A stretch of 64,000 nucleotides of DNA from NCBI GenBank assembly GCA_965199955.1, contig CBDATQ010000001.1:160001-224000 (forward strand), written 5' to 3'. This document shows positions 62,555-64,000 of this stretch, in pieces (the first letter of the stretch is position 1; every line of letters starts with the position of its first letter). Origin of the DNA: Spirochaetia bacterium (GTDB taxonomy: Bacteria > Spirochaetota > Spirochaetia > SZUA-6 > Bin103). The notes beneath the pieces are model-generated. The model was not told where the DNA came from, ran no database searches, and saw only the letters and a program-made list of their open reading frames with translations. The position numbers and the translations under genes were made by a program.

Positions 62555-64000
62555 CTACAGGGGGATGTTGCCGTGCTTCTTGGCCGGCCGGTCCTCGCGC
62601 TTGCGGGCCAGCATCTCGATGGAGCGGATCAGCTCGATGCGCATGGCGGCCGGCTCGATGACGTCGTCGATGAAGCCGTGGCCGGCGGCGATGAACGGAT
62701 TCATCACGGTCTCCCGGAACTCCTCCACCTTTTCCTGCCGCTTGGCGGCGCGGTCCTCGGCGGCGGCGATGTCGCGGCGGAAGATGATGTTCGCCGCGCC
62801 CTCGGCCCCCATGACCGCGATCTCCGCGCTCGGGAACGCCAGCACGCGGTCGTAGCCGAGCGACTTGGAGGCCATCGCGATGAAGGCGCCGCCGTACGCC
62901 TTGCGGATGATCAGCGCCACCTTGGGGACGGTCGCCTCGGCGATCGCGTACAGGATCTTGGCGCCGTGGCGGATGATGCCGCCGTGCTCCTGGGTGATGC
63001 CCGGCAGGAAGCCGGGGACGTCCACCAGCGACACGATCGGCACGTTGAACGCGTCGCAGAAGCGCAGAAAGCGGGCCGCCTTGTCCGAGGAGTCGATGTC
63101 CAGGGAGGCGGCGTAGACGCTCGGCTGATTGGCGAACAGGCCGACGGTACGGCCCGCCAGCCTGGCGAAGCCGATCACGACGTTCTGGGCGAACTCCGGC
63201 TGCACCTCGATGAACGAGCCGGAGTCCACCGCTTCCGCGATCATCGCGCGCACGTCGAACGGCCGGCGCGCGTCGTCGGGAATCAGATCGGCGATGCCGT
63301 CGGTGGCACGGTCGATGGGGTCCGAGACCGGCAGCAGCGGCGGCGACTCCTGGTTATTGAGCGGCAGGTAGCCCAGCAGGCGGCGCAGGCCGGCCAGGCA
63401 CTGCGCCTCGTCCGCGAAGCGGAAGTGCGCGACGCCGCTGGTGGCCGAGTGCGGGGCGGCTCCGCCCAGGTCGCCGTGCGAGATCTCCTCGCCCGTCACC
63501 GCCCGGATGACCTCCGGGCCGGTGATGTACATGTTGCTGATCGTGTCGACCATGAAGATGAAGTCCGTAATCGCCGGCGAGTAGACCGCCCCGCCCGCGC
63601 ACGGCCCCAGGATGATCGAGAACTGCGGGATCACGCCCGAGGACAGCGTGTTGGCGCGGAAGATCTTGGCGTAGCCGTCCAGCGACAGGACTCCCTCCTG
63701 GATGCGCGCCCCGCCGGAGTCGTTGATCTGGATGAACGGCACCCCGGATTCCAGGGCGAGCCGTTGCGCGTGGGAGATACGCGTGGCGTGCATCTCCCCC
63801 AGGGTGCCGCCCACGACCGTGAAGTCCTGCGCGGCCACGAACACCTGCCGCCCCTCGATCTTGGCGCTGCCGGTCACCACGCCGTCGCCGGGCACGCGTT
63901 GCCGGTCCATGCCGAAGTCGGTGGAGCGCACCGTCACGAACGGCTGCTGCTCGATGAAGGAATCGGGATCGACCAGCGCGGCGATCCGCTCGCGCGCCGT
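62555..64000 (-). CDS. Acyl-CoA carboxyltransferase, methylmalonyl-CoA decarboxylase alpha-like, 5'-partial
   Basis: ARERIAALVD, DSGGARIQEG, GPCAGGAVYSP, DVPGFLPG, KKHGNIPL. Confidence 0.95.
   Translation of the reverse strand, partial: TARERIAALVDPDSFIEQQPFVTVRSTDFGMDRQRVPGDGVVTGSAKIEGRQVFVAAQDFTVVGGTLGEMHATRISHAQRLALESGVPFIQINDSGGARIQEGVLSLDGYAKIFRANTLSSGVIPQFSIILGPCAGGAVYSPAITDFIFMVDTISNMYITGPEVIRAVTGEEISHGDLGGAAPHSATSGVAHFRFADEAQCLAGLRRLLGYLPLNNQESPPLLPVSDPIDRATDGIADLIPDDARRPFDVRAMIAEAVDSGSFIEVQPEFAQNVVIGFARLAGRTVGLFANQPSVYAASLDIDSSDKAARFLRFCDAFNVPIVSLVDVPGFLPGITQEHGGIIRHGAKILYAIAEATVPKVALIIRKAYGGAFIAMASKSLGYDRVLAFPSAEIAVMGAEGAANIIFRRDIAAAEDRAAKRQEKVEEFRETVMNPFIAAGHGFIDDVIEPAAMRIELIRSIEMLARKREDRPAKKHGNIPL

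Overview
High-GC (~70%) bacterial chromosomal window, mostly core genome. A Spirochaetota origin is inferred from tRNA-Arg(UCG), the tRNA-Leu/tRNA-Gly-tig-clpP-clpX order, a stand-alone DbpA-domain protein and the GlyA type; this is not proven. In order, the window carries: the end of a dpp/opp ABC operon; a collapsed ABC-2 pseudogene; a hot-dog thioesterase; rsmG-uppP-ftsK; two tandem AAA-ATPase/PD-(D/E)XK paralogs; an ABC exporter; a CBS-fused cation:H+ antiporter; alr, ilvC, trmB, dksA-like and ilvE genes; apgM with lplA-like and lipoprotein genes; seven tRNAs; glyA, an HD protein and msrB; tig-clpP-clpX; carD; oppA-like, rhomboid and polyprenyl synthase genes; a complete rrf2-sufBCDSU-nfu operon; a dinJ-yafQ TA pair; a Kch-like channel; a heterodimeric ABC exporter; nadA-(TA remnant)-nadC-nadB; an amidohydrolase-Rieske-PRT cassette; and a Na+-pumping acyl-CoA decarboxylase operon. 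No CRISPR array, rRNA, integrase or transposase was seen. The most notable observations are a recurring TTGCCG-N17/18-CAGACT promoter-like motif, several apparently leaderless genes, two ATGA-chained hexapeptide uORFs feeding clpP, a candidate amidohydrolase-related dinuclear oxygenase cassette, a channel with an altered selectivity filter, and repeated micro-duplications at gene termini.
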